A DNA stretch of 64,000 nucleotides from Amphiscolops sp. MND2022 (GCA_964187785.1 OZ076419.1:25234001-25298000); one strand, 5' to 3'. Shown: positions 1 to 12,140, counted from the first letter of the stretch. Notes: a model not told the origin generated them from the letters alone. Translations and numbers: made by a program.

Positions 1-1850
1 CGAAGCACATCAGAAGGAAAGCGGATTCATTAAACTGCACCAGATGATTTTTATCTGGTATTCTCGCACTAATTTCTTTGCTTTTTAGCTAATTTTGCGC
101 TGGACTGTTTTTGATGGAAAGTTGCGGGTGTGACTATGATTGAAAAGAAACCAACCAAATTCTTTTGACCTAGATTTATAAATCTCAAAATGGAAGCACT
201 AAATATCACTGCTTGAATGGTTTCACTTTTTGGGAATCAAAAGGAAAGGTTTAGAATTTCCTTCAATTAATTACACTTCAAATACTAAAACCCTTATTTT
301 AGATGAATGAACTTTATATATAGAATGAATGAAACTTTATATAGAATGAACATTATTTGTTTTTAAATTGAAGAAAATTTAGCACTTATATTTAAAACCA
401 TGTAGGGTTGATCATGTTTCAGAGACGGAATTTTTTGGAGGAATTTTTAAATGTGTATATTTTCTATCAAATTTAGCAGCAAAACTCACTTTTTGACGAA
501 GCAAATTCGATTTTGAGATGAAAAAAGTTGACTTTGATTTATTTTTAATTAAAATTCTAAGACTTAAAATCTATCAAGTGTTTAACATACATGACAGTTC
601 TCAATTTAATTAGGAAAAAGTAGAAAAGCGGGTCTATTTTACTTGCAAAATTTTCATTTCAATTTTACATTACATCGATGCGTGCGATCGAATCGTGAGC
701 TTTATTTTGCGCTTGCTGAGCAAAATTGCCGACATGCGATAGATTTTTCAATTGCTGATGTTACATTTTTAATTTGCACAAAACCTGCGTTCAGAACCAC
801 CCCTGCCCGCAATTTCTGACGTCAATCAGTTCACGTGGATAGTTATTACCAGTTATTACTAGTTATTGGCTATAATAATAACAGTTGTTTCTGCAACTAC
901 TACATAAATCTTGCTGGCATGTCGTAAAAAATCGACAGAAGGATAGGAATGTACTATCCCCCCTACTTTTTGTGGGGGTGGGGAATGGGCACGGTGGATG
1001 GAAGTTGATAGGGGATGGATAGAAGCGATTCCATGGAAAAGCAGGACGAAATAGATACAGGGATGAGAAAGGACGGGACTATTAGTATAGCTGGGAAGAA
1101 TTTAGATACCCGGTCGCGATAATAGATATATACAGTCATTTCCCGCCAAATGGGCAGTTCTAACGTCTATGTGTTAGTATTTGGCGGTAGGGATATCGAT
1201 TTTTTATTGATTAATAATGGATCACGCGTGCCGTTAACTAATTGATAGATGCTACAAGTTGAAACAACAGCCAGTACGGTTTGAACTGTAGCAAAATGGA
1301 GCTAATAAAAACGCCTATTGCCGAATTTTTGCAGCACAAAAATGACAATAAAAATAATGACGGGGTTGAAATAGCTAAAAAATGCCCAAAAACCAACTCA
1401 TTGAAAATTGATGAACCAGCTGGTGAAGATATTTTACTGCTAGGGTGTTTTTTTTCAACATCAAAACAGTCTCATTTTCATTCCAGATCGTTTTTATAAT
1501 CGTTTCTAAAGTTCTAAAGTGTAGAACAATGAAGGATCCTATACTACTTTTGATTGAGCGTGCCATTTATCAACCTTGCTCCATACCAAGGTGTTCAAGT
1601 TTTATGGAAATAAAAATAATTTTTTCACATTTGACTTAAAAGCTGAAAAGTTTTAAATTTTCTTTTGAGCATTTTGGCGTTTCAGCGTAAATATTATGGC
1701 ACTGGAGCCAAAATGTTCGCTACAGGGTCTTTCAGAAAGTGTGATTTTTTAAGAACTTTCTGAATTTAAATTATCTGTAAGAAAGACCAGACTATAATAG
1801 TTAGGACACTCCAACTGACGGATTCTCATTATAAAAGAACAGCAGTATTC

Positions 1851-1930
1851 GGCACTTTGGTTCAGTGGATAGTGCCACGGACCACCAGACATCAGGTCCC
1901 GGGTCCGAATCCCGCGCAAAGATAAAAAAA
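1851..1930 (+). repeat. tRNA-like sequence (pseudo-tRNA or SINE head)
   Basis: A-box-like TGGTTCAGTGG at 1858-1868. B-box-like GGTCCGAATCC in a CGGG/CCCG T-arm stem near 1900-1914, then an A-run. The D and anticodon stems do not pair. Confidence 0.35.
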
Positions 1931-2247
1931 ATGTTCAAGTCTGTTAAGCTAGTTTAGCTCAAAAGGTTTCCTTTCAAGTTTTTGGCACTGTTTTTTTGAA
2001 TTTGAAAACAATTCTTTTCAGAAAGGGGGGTTTTTGATGTTTTCAGTGAAAAGCCCAGGGATGTTTAAGAAAATATTGCAGTATATTTTGCCTGAAAGAT
2101 AAATAATTGTATTTCTGCTGCCAGCGCGACAAATAATTGTATTTTCTCCTGAAGAATAATAAATATTGAAAAATATTTCAATTTCTATTCAAACAAAAAT
2201 TATTTCAACAACCGAAAATTTTCTTAAACAAGTCACACTAGAAGTAT

Positions 2248-3012
2248 CTATTTCTTAGCAATTATCTTATCAATAAGTTCTGCGTTCCACAAGTTTTTGT
2301 TTACTTTGAGAAAAAGTCGGGCCTCTGGGTGCATAGGCGAGAGACGAGGTCTGCTTTGATTAGCAGTCTGTTTGGCTAAACTGAAAAGTCGCTCACATAT
2401 GTTTGAAGTAGCTGTTACCCAGTTGGTTCTCATTGCTTCATCTTTGGATAGTTTTTGTCGTTTGTCCTGTAGAACAGCTGTAGCAAAATCGGATACTACT
2501 GCTTCCCTCGGGTCAACAAGCGAATAGTGCAAAATAATGAACAGAATAATGAGTCCAGCCGTCAATTAGAATTCCGAAGGTTTCCGGCAAAATTCGTGTT
2601 ATTTCTTGTTCCAGTATTACTACAGTTTTAACTAAGTATTTCGCAAGCGTTCGACGACAAATTTTGGTCAGTTTGGTATTTTTCTGCGTCAATTCGGAAT
2701 CGACAAATGTAAAGTCCGAATTATCTATAATCACCAATTCTAGACTGTTGAAAATTTGTTGACTTTTGCGCTTATAACTTGCGCTAATGTATTTGTTGCT
2801 TTAATTTCTTCCTTCCAATTTGGGTGACGCTCCCTGATGTGACTGATTAAATTTGTAAGCCCGGAGTTTGGTTTTTGTTTCGCAAAACTGAACATTAGCA
2901 TCGCTATAAATATTGTCCAGCTTCTGGCGCTTTCTTGCACTAAAAATCGACAACCGCTTTGTTCATTACGCTGCGAGACAGTGAAAACAAAACATTTGAA
3001 TTTTTGAGCCAA
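2248..3012 (-). pseudogene. hAT-superfamily transposase remnant, frameshifted and internally deleted
   Basis: Three consecutive minus-strand ORFs. They carry a BED-finger-like tail (SGLTNLISHIRERHP), the first catalytic Asp (ILIDGWT) and the C-terminal dimerisation motif with the catalytic Glu (TSNICERLFS...FLKVNKNLW). Only about 255 codons remain in total. No convincing TIR pair was found. Confidence 0.75.
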
Positions 3013-4039
3013 TCAGACTTGAGCAAAGCAACGTGGCCGTCAATCTACATAGTGTTGCCGTTTCTCAGAAACGAGCTGCTCGCTGCTCTGAAATTATTTT
3101 ACTTCCTGCAATAAATATTCAATATTTTGAGACCACTAAAATAAATAATTTATGTTTTTGAGGGCACAAAATAAATAATTGTTCAAAAATACTTTTTAAT
3201 ACAAGCTTCAATACATGCAAGGCTAATTTTTAAAAAAACATGAAAAATTTTAAAGCCTGCGTGGAAAAACTTGGTAGAATTACAATGCAGTTTTCACTCT
3301 TTCAGTTAAAACTGAAATTTTCACTTCTTAACCGTTTCGATCACTTTTTCACGCTGTATTTTTGATAACTCAACCTGTGTATTCCTCGTTATCCCCCGTT
3401 ATCCGAATTGCACGCTCAAAATTGATAACGACGCTAATTCAAAATCAATAAAGTGGCGGAAGTTTATTTGCATTTACGTGACTGAATATAAATTGAAAGA
3501 GTCACAGCTGCGTTTAAAAATAAAACTATTCCATATTAAACCTAGTAGAACTTCATAGTTCCGAATTGCCGTCAAGTTTTGGATGGATCATCTTTTAGGC
3601 AGCTTGAATCAGTAAAAACCATAAAAGTTTCTTGGGGAGTTCTATTAAATCTTTATTTAGTAGCTTGGAAACCTACAAAAACTTCTAAAAAGTTTAAGCA
3701 GTTTCAACCAGGGATGTCTTCGAGCATGTTCAAAATAATTTTTTTCGAGCTTAGGTGAAAGGCCGAATTGGGCCATTCCCGTTTTTTTTTCTTGAAAACG
3801 GGTTCAAAAAACATTTCACATAATCGTTCAGCAACACAGTTGAATAAAGGAAATTAAGAACATTTCCCATTTTTAGTCAGCGCGTTTCTAGTGAAAAGAG
3901 CCCGACTATTACAGTGGATAGTTTTTTTTCCTTTTTTTTCGTCAGACTACAATCTCAATCTGATTGGTCCACTTTTCTTACTATAGAAACTACTAAAACT
4001 ACTAAAGTCATAAGGCCAAGTCCGGTCTGGGGAAATTAC

Positions 4040-4368
4040 TGCAAAAGGGTCCCTCTTTTCATTTTTTACTTTTTAAGGTAACCTACAAAACCGGACGAGA
4101 CTAAAGGGTCCCCCCTTTCGATTTTTTTAGGCATTGTGCGCCTTTTTTCCAAATTTTTTTAATGTCTCAGAAGAGTCCCCCATTCGAGTTTTTTGATATT
4201 TTGCAACAGAGTATATGTCAATAAAGCCCAAAGGGTCCCCTTTTACATTTTTCGGCACTATGCGAGCTTTTCCAAACGAAAAAAAAATCGAGTTTTTTTT
4301 TCAAAAAGAATATTTGGCGCTTTTTGAGCCTTAGATATAGCGCCGACTTTAGACGTTCCCGTCTTGTT
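4040..4368 (+). mobile_element. Non-autonomous Helentron/HINE-like element, copy A (5' truncated)
   Basis: Internal AAAGGGTCCCC subrepeats about 60-70 bp apart. 3' subterminal repeat AGCGCCGACT at 4339-4348. Hairpin AGACG-TTCC-CGTCT at 4351-4364, ending in TGTT. Confidence 0.6.
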
Positions 4369-4710
4369 CATATTTTGAAACCTGACAAAACGGCTCAAAA
4401 TTTTCAAACAAACAGGAGAATAAATCGTTGTTTTATTTTCAAGGTTGAAACGTTACTATGCCTAACTTCAGGAGACAAGAGATGTCTTTATTACTTCTTT
4501 CCGATTGAATCTTCCGAGACGTTGCCATATCATAGATCATAAATAAAGCAATGACATTAAATGCCAAACTGCACCAGATTTCTGAAGACATATCATTTTT
4601 TACTTTGAATAAAAGTGTGGTGTTTTTGAGCTAACAATGAATAGGATCTGAATCCATTTCATCTGTCAACAAGTTATAAAATTCCTTTTTCGGCCCGCTG
4701 GCGTTATAAG

Positions 4711-5160
4711 AAACAAGCCGGGAACAGCATAAGTCGGCGCTATGTTTAAGGCTCAAAAATAGCAAAAGGACTTCAAAGTGTCAAGTATTCTCTTTTACAG
4801 TACCCGAAAAACACAAAACTTGGCGCGCTAAAAAGGAGGACCGCTTTCGGATTTTTCAACATCGACATTCTTTCGCAAAACATCAAAAAAAATTAAGGGG
4901 CCCTTTGGAGAAAACAATTTTCGAAAAAAGTCTTACAATGCCGAAAAAAAACTGAAATGGTGACCTTTTAGTCTCGCCCGGTCTTGAATGTTGCGCTGAA
5001 AAAAAGGAATGATTCTTTTAGTTAAGTTCCTTGGGCCAAATGGTCCAATTTGCCACCTTAAAATTCCGAAAAACTTTTATGAACGGTTTTGGTCAGTTCC
5101 TGTGGATTGAAAAAAAGTCACTAATTTAGTCTCGCTTCACTTCATGAAGCGCCGACAAAA
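4711..5160 (-). mobile_element. Non-autonomous Helentron/HINE-like element, copy B (complete)
   Basis: Asymmetric inverted repeats at 5148-5156 (terminal) and 4732-4741 (subterminal). 3' hairpin with a TTCC loop at 4717-4728. T-rich flanks on the element strand and no TSD seen. Confidence 0.7.
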
Positions 5161-6848
5161 AATACGATCGGAAAAGTAACACTTCTGTTGAACAGCCGAG
5201 TAAACCGTGAGGAATTGATTCGGGTTTGAAACTTTCAAGTCACACTGCAGTTGTTATATTTTTAAAAGCAACATAAGGCGAATCACAAAATTGACAATGG
5301 TTTTTGAAAAATGATGAAAATAAAAGAATCTTAGTTTTCGATCTAGTTTACAAAATGTTTGTTTGAAAATTATGCGATGAAAATTGTGAAAGTTACGATG
5401 GGCCATTTTTAGCCAAATTCATGTAAAAGTTGAGGTTTTTCTCACTTTTGGTCTACTTTCGCTCAAACTCTTTATAAAAGTTTCTATGTTCCAGGGACCC
5501 CTCTGATTTTACTGAGCCCCCCGATATTTTTTAGAATTCGTTTTTTTTTAATTTAGAAAACTAGGTTTTTTCGAAAATACATGTATTACGATACGATTTT
5601 GAAGGTTAATCACTTAAAACAAGCTCATACTAATACAGTTACAGTATTTTCGAGAAAAAATAATACTGTCAGATTCGATTTGTTTGGCAGAATTTTTAGG
5701 TCTAAACTGCTTTCAAATCAAAAAAGTGTAAGTTGGTCAAAATTTCAAAAAAGTATACAAAAAATGACGTTTCGGAAACTGCTCTCGACCGATGAAATGA
5801 GCGTGTGAGACCATATTCAGCTCATGAGATTCGTTTATTTGCTCTGTTTCCCTACTTCAATCAAACTCAGCATTTTTTCCCAAAACGCCTCCTTTCGTTG
5901 CCACTAATCAGGTGTGGACGAATTGGGCTAAATTGACTGTAACGGTTCAAGAATGCTTTTTCATGCGAATCGGTGGTCAATATTCTCTTTTGTCATTTAA
6001 GTTCTCGACTATAACCGTTTCAGTTGTAACGAACCATCATTTAATGTTTCTTAATAACGAGAAACAAAATATAATAATTCTTTTCTGGAAGTATGTATTG
6101 CTTAGATACTGAGCAGTTAGACTTTTGTAAGCTTGAGTAAATCTCTTTGAAACCAGAGCTTCTAGCCAACCAGTGCTTGACAACTTGGCTCCAAATATGG
6201 TACCATAGACTGCTATGGGGTATAGTTTCCGAAAAAGAACTTATTCCAGGTAATAGAAGAAATGAACTTTCTTTTGTTGATTTTGTTGATCTCTTGACTG
6301 TTTTGTTTCTCTCTTTTTTTGCTGCTTCAGTAGATTTTTTTTTCGTTTTCTCGACTCTGGAAAACAAACTAAATCGTTCTGACATCTAAACGCATTTTCA
6401 TTTAAAAACACGATAGTATCCGAAATGGCACCGACTTAGAAAAACAAAATGCCTATTCTGCGTCCAACATTGGGGAAATTAACTTTTTTTCTTCATTCTG
6501 ACATTGCTATGAGCTAGCTGGTACTCGCTCTAATATCACAAGACCTTTCTGAATTTTTCAGCGATGTTTGAGACACAAAAGTGGTTCTCGTTGAACTAGC
6601 ATAAATAACTTTTGCTCCATAACGGTTTGATCGTGAAAAGTTTCAATCGAGTTGCACTTTACCTTATCTCATAAAACTAGGGTGACGTTCAAAACAGTTG
6701 GTATTATTTTGTTCAACGCTTCAATTTAGTTTCCGAACTTCCATTTTTTTCGTCATAAGCTTCTGGGGAAAAAGGCTTGATTTCTTCATAAATTCAATCA
6801 AGAACATTCCGGAGACCTTACACTGTGGAATGCTCTCTACTCGTATTC

Positions 6849-7038
6849 TGAAGTAGACTGTTGACAAACAACTTTATATCAATCACTGCTGCTATTTTTA
6901 GTTTGAACTTATTCTCATTATTGTTTACCAACAACTACATAACCCTTAATCAAAAGCTGATATAATTACAGTAAACTTTCAGCTAGAGTAAACATTGATC
7001 TTAACTTCTTTTCTCAAGCCTATCTTAGGATTACTTCA
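6849..7038 (+). repeat. 5' LTR of element 1
   Basis: TG...CA termini with a 7-bp inverted repeat. Differs from 12635-12824 at 2 positions by eye. Confidence 0.95.
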
Positions 7039-7052
7039 TGGCGCAGCCAGCA
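7039..7052 (+). promoter_or_regulatory. Primer-binding site (tRNA-Ser-like)
   Basis: TGGCGCAGCCAGCA immediately after the LTR. It resembles the complement of tRNA-Ser 3' ends (TGGCGCAGCGAGCAG). Confidence 0.8.
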
Positions 7053-7067
7053 ATTTAAAGAATTGCA

Positions 7068-10000
7068 ATGGAAGACGAAGAAGGCAACATAACGGGACAG
7101 AGCAACAGCCAATCCCTTCCAAACAATACAACGACGAGATCGGTAGAACGGACAGCTACACAAAAGCTACCCATTCCGATCCTTGAGAAGAATGATCACA
7201 CCAGTGCAAAACTATGGTGGAGAAAATTCGTTCAATACATCAAGATGACCCGTGAAATCGACTTATCAAAAATTACCAACTCCAAAGAGATACTGCCACA
7301 ATTCAGAGAGCAGTTGGAGGAAGAAATCAAAGACGTATCCATATGGGCAATTGGCCAATCAGCGATCACGGAAATGACAAAGACGGTAAGAGAAAGGGAA
7401 CCAAATTCCCTACCATTATACCGACTTTACACACTCTTCAGACTCCATTTTATTCCCGAGAGAAACAAACACCACAGTAGAGCAGACTTTTTCAACCTAA
7501 AACGAGAACCAGGAGAATCAGCTGCGGAAACGTGGAAACGCATTCTAGAAATAGAGAAGAATTGCGAATTCGAAGAAATAACGGCAGCCGAATTTCTCGC
7601 ATCAAAATTCCTATCCGTAATTGGAAAAACGACAGGCGATAATGACCTGAAAAAGAAGATAAAAAAAGGGACATGTCGGTGGAAGCATTTACCGACACAA
7701 TCCACGAATACATGTACGAAAAAATGAATGAATGGAAAGATTCCGAAGAAGAAACAAAAACGAAGCACGTGGATAGAAAAAGAACCTACCAAAAACCAGA
7801 AAAAGAAAGACAAAACAAATTCAGAAAAGTAGATTGTATCAGATGCGGGGCACCAAACTCGAACAAATCACATGATTGTCCGGCAAAGACAAAAAAAGCC
7901 TAAACTGCGGAAAAATTGATCATTACGCAAGATTATGCCGATCAAAACAAAACACGGATCGAAGAATAAAACATATTCAACAAGACTCCGAAGCTACCAG
8001 TGCAGAATAAGATAACTGGACACCAAACAAAATACATTCAATAAACAACACGGTCCATTCAACAAGACAAATATCCAAAGACGGACAACCATTCTTCACG
8101 GTGACGGTATTGGTTAATAACCGTCCAATCAAATTCATAATAGACAGCGGATCACCGATCACTCTGATACCAAAACAAAAACTCAACGACACTACCACAA
8201 TATACCCGTTGAACGAAGAAAACCGAGATGTAAACAACAACAAAATTAAATTCGAAGGAAAAGCAATGGCAAACATCGAAATAGATGGAGAAAAGAAAAA
8301 ACTGGAGTTACTGATTACCACAAAAAGAACAACCCCATTACTCGGATTAGACTAGATGAAACATCTGGGAATAAGTGTAAACATCGAGAAACCAATTTCA
8401 AAAATACAAAACATCCAAGAAGATCCAGATATCACGGACCTGAAGAAAAAGTTCAAAAAACTATTCCACGAAAGAAAAACCGTGAAAGGGATAGAAGTAG
8501 ACATCCAACTAAAACCAAACGCAAAATTGATACAACAAAAAGGCCGACCGATACCGATTCACCTACAACCGGCAGTCGGTAAAGAAATCGAGAAGTTAAC
8601 GAAGAACAGTCAATTCGAAAAAGCTACCGATACTGACGAAAACTGCTTCGTCAGCCCAGCCGTTATCACAGTAAAAAAAGACAAAACGATAAAAATTGCC
8701 TTAGATTCACAGAAACTCAACGAAATCACCGTGGAAAGAAAAGCGCAAATGCCGAATATGGAGGAATTAATATCTAGAATATCCAGAAAAATCCCCGACG
8801 GAGAAGAAAACGAGATATGGATATCAAATTTCGACCTGGACTACGCATACGGTCAACTACCGTTATCAAAAAACGCAAGGGACCTATGAATATTTGCAGT
8901 AACCGGAGGGAACTTTACCGGCTACTATAGATTCCTCAAAGGCTTCTACGGCTTGGCGGACATCCCGACCATATTTCAGGAAAAGATTGACCAAACTCTG
9001 GAAAACAAACACCCGGAGTGGATAGACGACATATTAGTAGTCACCAAAGGGACAAAAGAACAACACAAGCGCGAGCTAATAGACGTATTAACAAAACTAG
9101 AAAACGCAGGGTATAGACTGAGCGAAAACAAAACCGAATTTTTCAAATCGGAAATAGAATCGGTGGGACACAAAATTGACCAAAACGGTATTAGACCGTT
9201 GCAAGATAAACTCAAAGCCATACAAGAATTAAAGGAACCAAAGAACGAAAAAGAATTGAAATCCTTTCTGGGGGCAATTCAATACTTGTCAAAATACATT
9301 GAAAACTTGTCAGCCCAAACGGATTTACTGAGACAATTACTGAGAAAAATAATGAATGGATCTGGACACCAAAAAATTCCGAAGCATTTACACAATTGAA
9401 AATTAAAATCACAGAGATACCGTGTTTAGCACACTACAACTCCAATCTACCGAACACAATAACAACAGACGCCAGCACAAATAGCCTGGTCGCAACTCTC
9501 TGGCAAGAACAACACAATGGCGAACGAAAACCGTTAGCATTTGCAAGCAGATTTCTATCGGATACCAAAAAAATACGCCAACAATGAATTAGAATTATTA
9601 GCGGTCGTTAGGTGCCTACAACACTTTTGTTTATATATATACGGCAAACCGATAAAACTACTGACCGATCATCAGGCTCTCGAACCATTAATTAAACGCA
9701 ACCGCTCAAATAAAACATACAGTGCCCGTTTAACTAGATGGCTGGACCGATTAGCACATTTCACAATTAACGTGAACCACATTGCGGGATAGCATCTAGC
9801 TCTGACGGATTACTTGAGTACAAATCCAAACGCACCGCCACAACAAGACGAAGCATACGAAGAAGAGTACGTAATTAACAGCATAGTTCCGCACTACGAA
9901 TTTGATTCATCCAATCACAAGCATGCAGCGAAACATCAAAAGGAACGAAAACAATTAAACAACCGTCAACGGAACGCGCACGTGAACAGAACGCCATTAA

Positions 10001-12140
10001 TAGTATTGACCGCATGAAAACAAGCAACACAAATTGTCAAAATCAGACAGATTTTAAAACAATGGACGCCAAAACAATAGATAATTTGGAGCGAATCGAC
10101 AACTCTCAAGAAACAATAGATCTGATAGAGCGGTGGCAAAACATAGTAAAGCCAGGGATATACCGACTCTCAAACGGTAAATGGAAAAGTACCATGAACC
10201 GAATTTCTTACGCGGAGAAAAACGAGACAGAAGAAAGACTTTCCGAAATAATCCGGAGACTATAAAGCCCGGCCAGGGAAATTCGAAACCGGCGACATCA
10301 ATCAGACGAATACACGGCTAACTGACAATTTACCGTACCTGCTCCGCAAAATTTCCAAGGAGGGTTCATTCAACGAACCAATAACGAACAACCGGGGACA
10401 TCAAAATCACAACCGGCCACCCAAGAGGATATTCCCATGGAAGAAGGAGAGATTTCCAATGACTCCGAACTAGCACCGTCGGTACTGGAGGTGCCCACCA
10501 TTAACTGGACAAACTACATTGGAATAAAAAACGTGCAATACATAAAGATGGGGCACGCCCCAAGAGTCCAAGCACTCGAACAAAACAGCTGGGACCTGGA
10601 ACAAACTGTCCGCGAAACGGAAAAAGAATTCGCCACAGACCTGCAGTTACTGATGACGGAAACAACAAACGATCCCAAGCTACTAAAAACACATGTCTGC
10701 CTGGAGCGTCAACAGTACGACAACATCCCGGATGAGTACAACCTTTACAAAAAGAAGTTGTCAACACGCTATGGTCTAGTATTCTTCGAAGACAAAATCA
10801 TAGTACCAATCAACCTTAGAACAACTTTCATAAGCTTGCTGCACAAAGGACATCCGGCCATCAACAAGATGACTCTTTCCGCAAAACATTTCTGGTGGCC
10901 CAAATTGACGGAAGCCATACAACGAAAATGCGACAGCTGCATACCATGCAAACCTTCCGGTAAGAACTTAAAACCTAATATACCAAAAACGGAACAAAAT
11001 AGTTTACCTCCATTAAGCGCACCGAACGAAGAAATCCAATTGGACTTCATCGGGCCAATCACGGACCAGAACCGTAGATTTTACATTTTACTCTCCATCG
11101 ACAGGTAAAGCAAATGGCCAGCCGCCAGTCTGTGTAAAACTACAGACGGCAAAACTGCGACAAAATTTTTGGAACGATACTGTAACCTAAACAGTATACC
11201 AAAAACGATAAGAACGGACAAGGCAACAGCTTTTACCGGAAGAAAATTTAGAGAATTCTGCAAAAACAAATTCATAAAACTAATATACGGGACACCGTAT
11301 ATACACACCCCTACCGGCCTAGTAGAGTGAGGAGTAGGCACTTTCAAAGAAAACCTTCTAACTAACATTAAAGACGGAAAACCATTTGGAAAAGCATTGG
11401 ACTTAGCCCTAAATGTGATGCGGACTACACCACACACTAGGCTAAGAAAATCCGCTTTCGAATTACATTTTGGCAGAGAGCCAAACACGGAATGGAGCAA
11501 TATGTTGAAACTAGACAAAACTAAATCGTTAACCAATAATTTCATTTCAGCAAGTCCAGATACCCTACAGGCATACACATTCAGTGGAGAAGGCGGTAGC
11601 TCCGACCATCTACCAATGAAACAAAAGAGAAAAGGAGCAAAAACGGTAAGTAAATACCCGTTTCAATTCTTCGTACGAAAAAATCAAAAGGGAAAATTCG
11701 AAAGTCCATACTCAGAAAACCTACAAACGGCAGTCACTGGAACGAAACATACCGTGACCACTTCAGATAATAAAATAATTCACCGTAAATTGATTAGCAA
11801 ACCTATTATTACATTTGAACAGGAACCAACAAACAGAGGGACGGGCCCAAGAAGACCAGACGGGAGATTTGCCAGGAAACAAAACAAATCAAAACACTCC
11901 CCCCCCCCCGAAAAATCCCCATCAGAAGATGATCTGGACACCAGCCCAGAACCGCCTACCACTAAACGGACAAGCACAATCGGCAGGGGAAGGCCACGGA
12001 TAATGCGAGAAAGCACACCGCCAACGCCAGACAATACACCGGGCCAACAAAACAATGCAGGAACTGGAACGCTCACAATTAACACAGACCAAATGTCGGA
12101 GTTCGACATTGACCAAACAATAAAAGACTCCACACAATGA
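7068..12140 (+). pseudogene. gag-pol polyprotein pseudogene of element 1
   Basis: Gag with two Zn-knuckle remnants (CIRCG..H.C; CLNCGKIDHYARLC across a frameshift), protease IIDSGS, RT (FDLDYAYGQ; WIDD), RNaseH (TDAS), integrase (HKGH...CDSCIPC; LDF). At least 10 stops or frameshifts, e.g. TAG 8353, TGA 8887, TAG 9790, TAA 11106. Confidence 0.92.

Noticed and set aside
2057-3720. CAGGGATG as hAT TIRs (2057 and about 3710)
   Set aside because: Both occurrences are in the same orientation, and no inverted partner or 8-bp TSD was found.
6041-6389. 114-aa minus-strand ORF as a host gene
   Set aside because: It has no recognisable domain or splice context, lies among TE debris, and cannot be supported.
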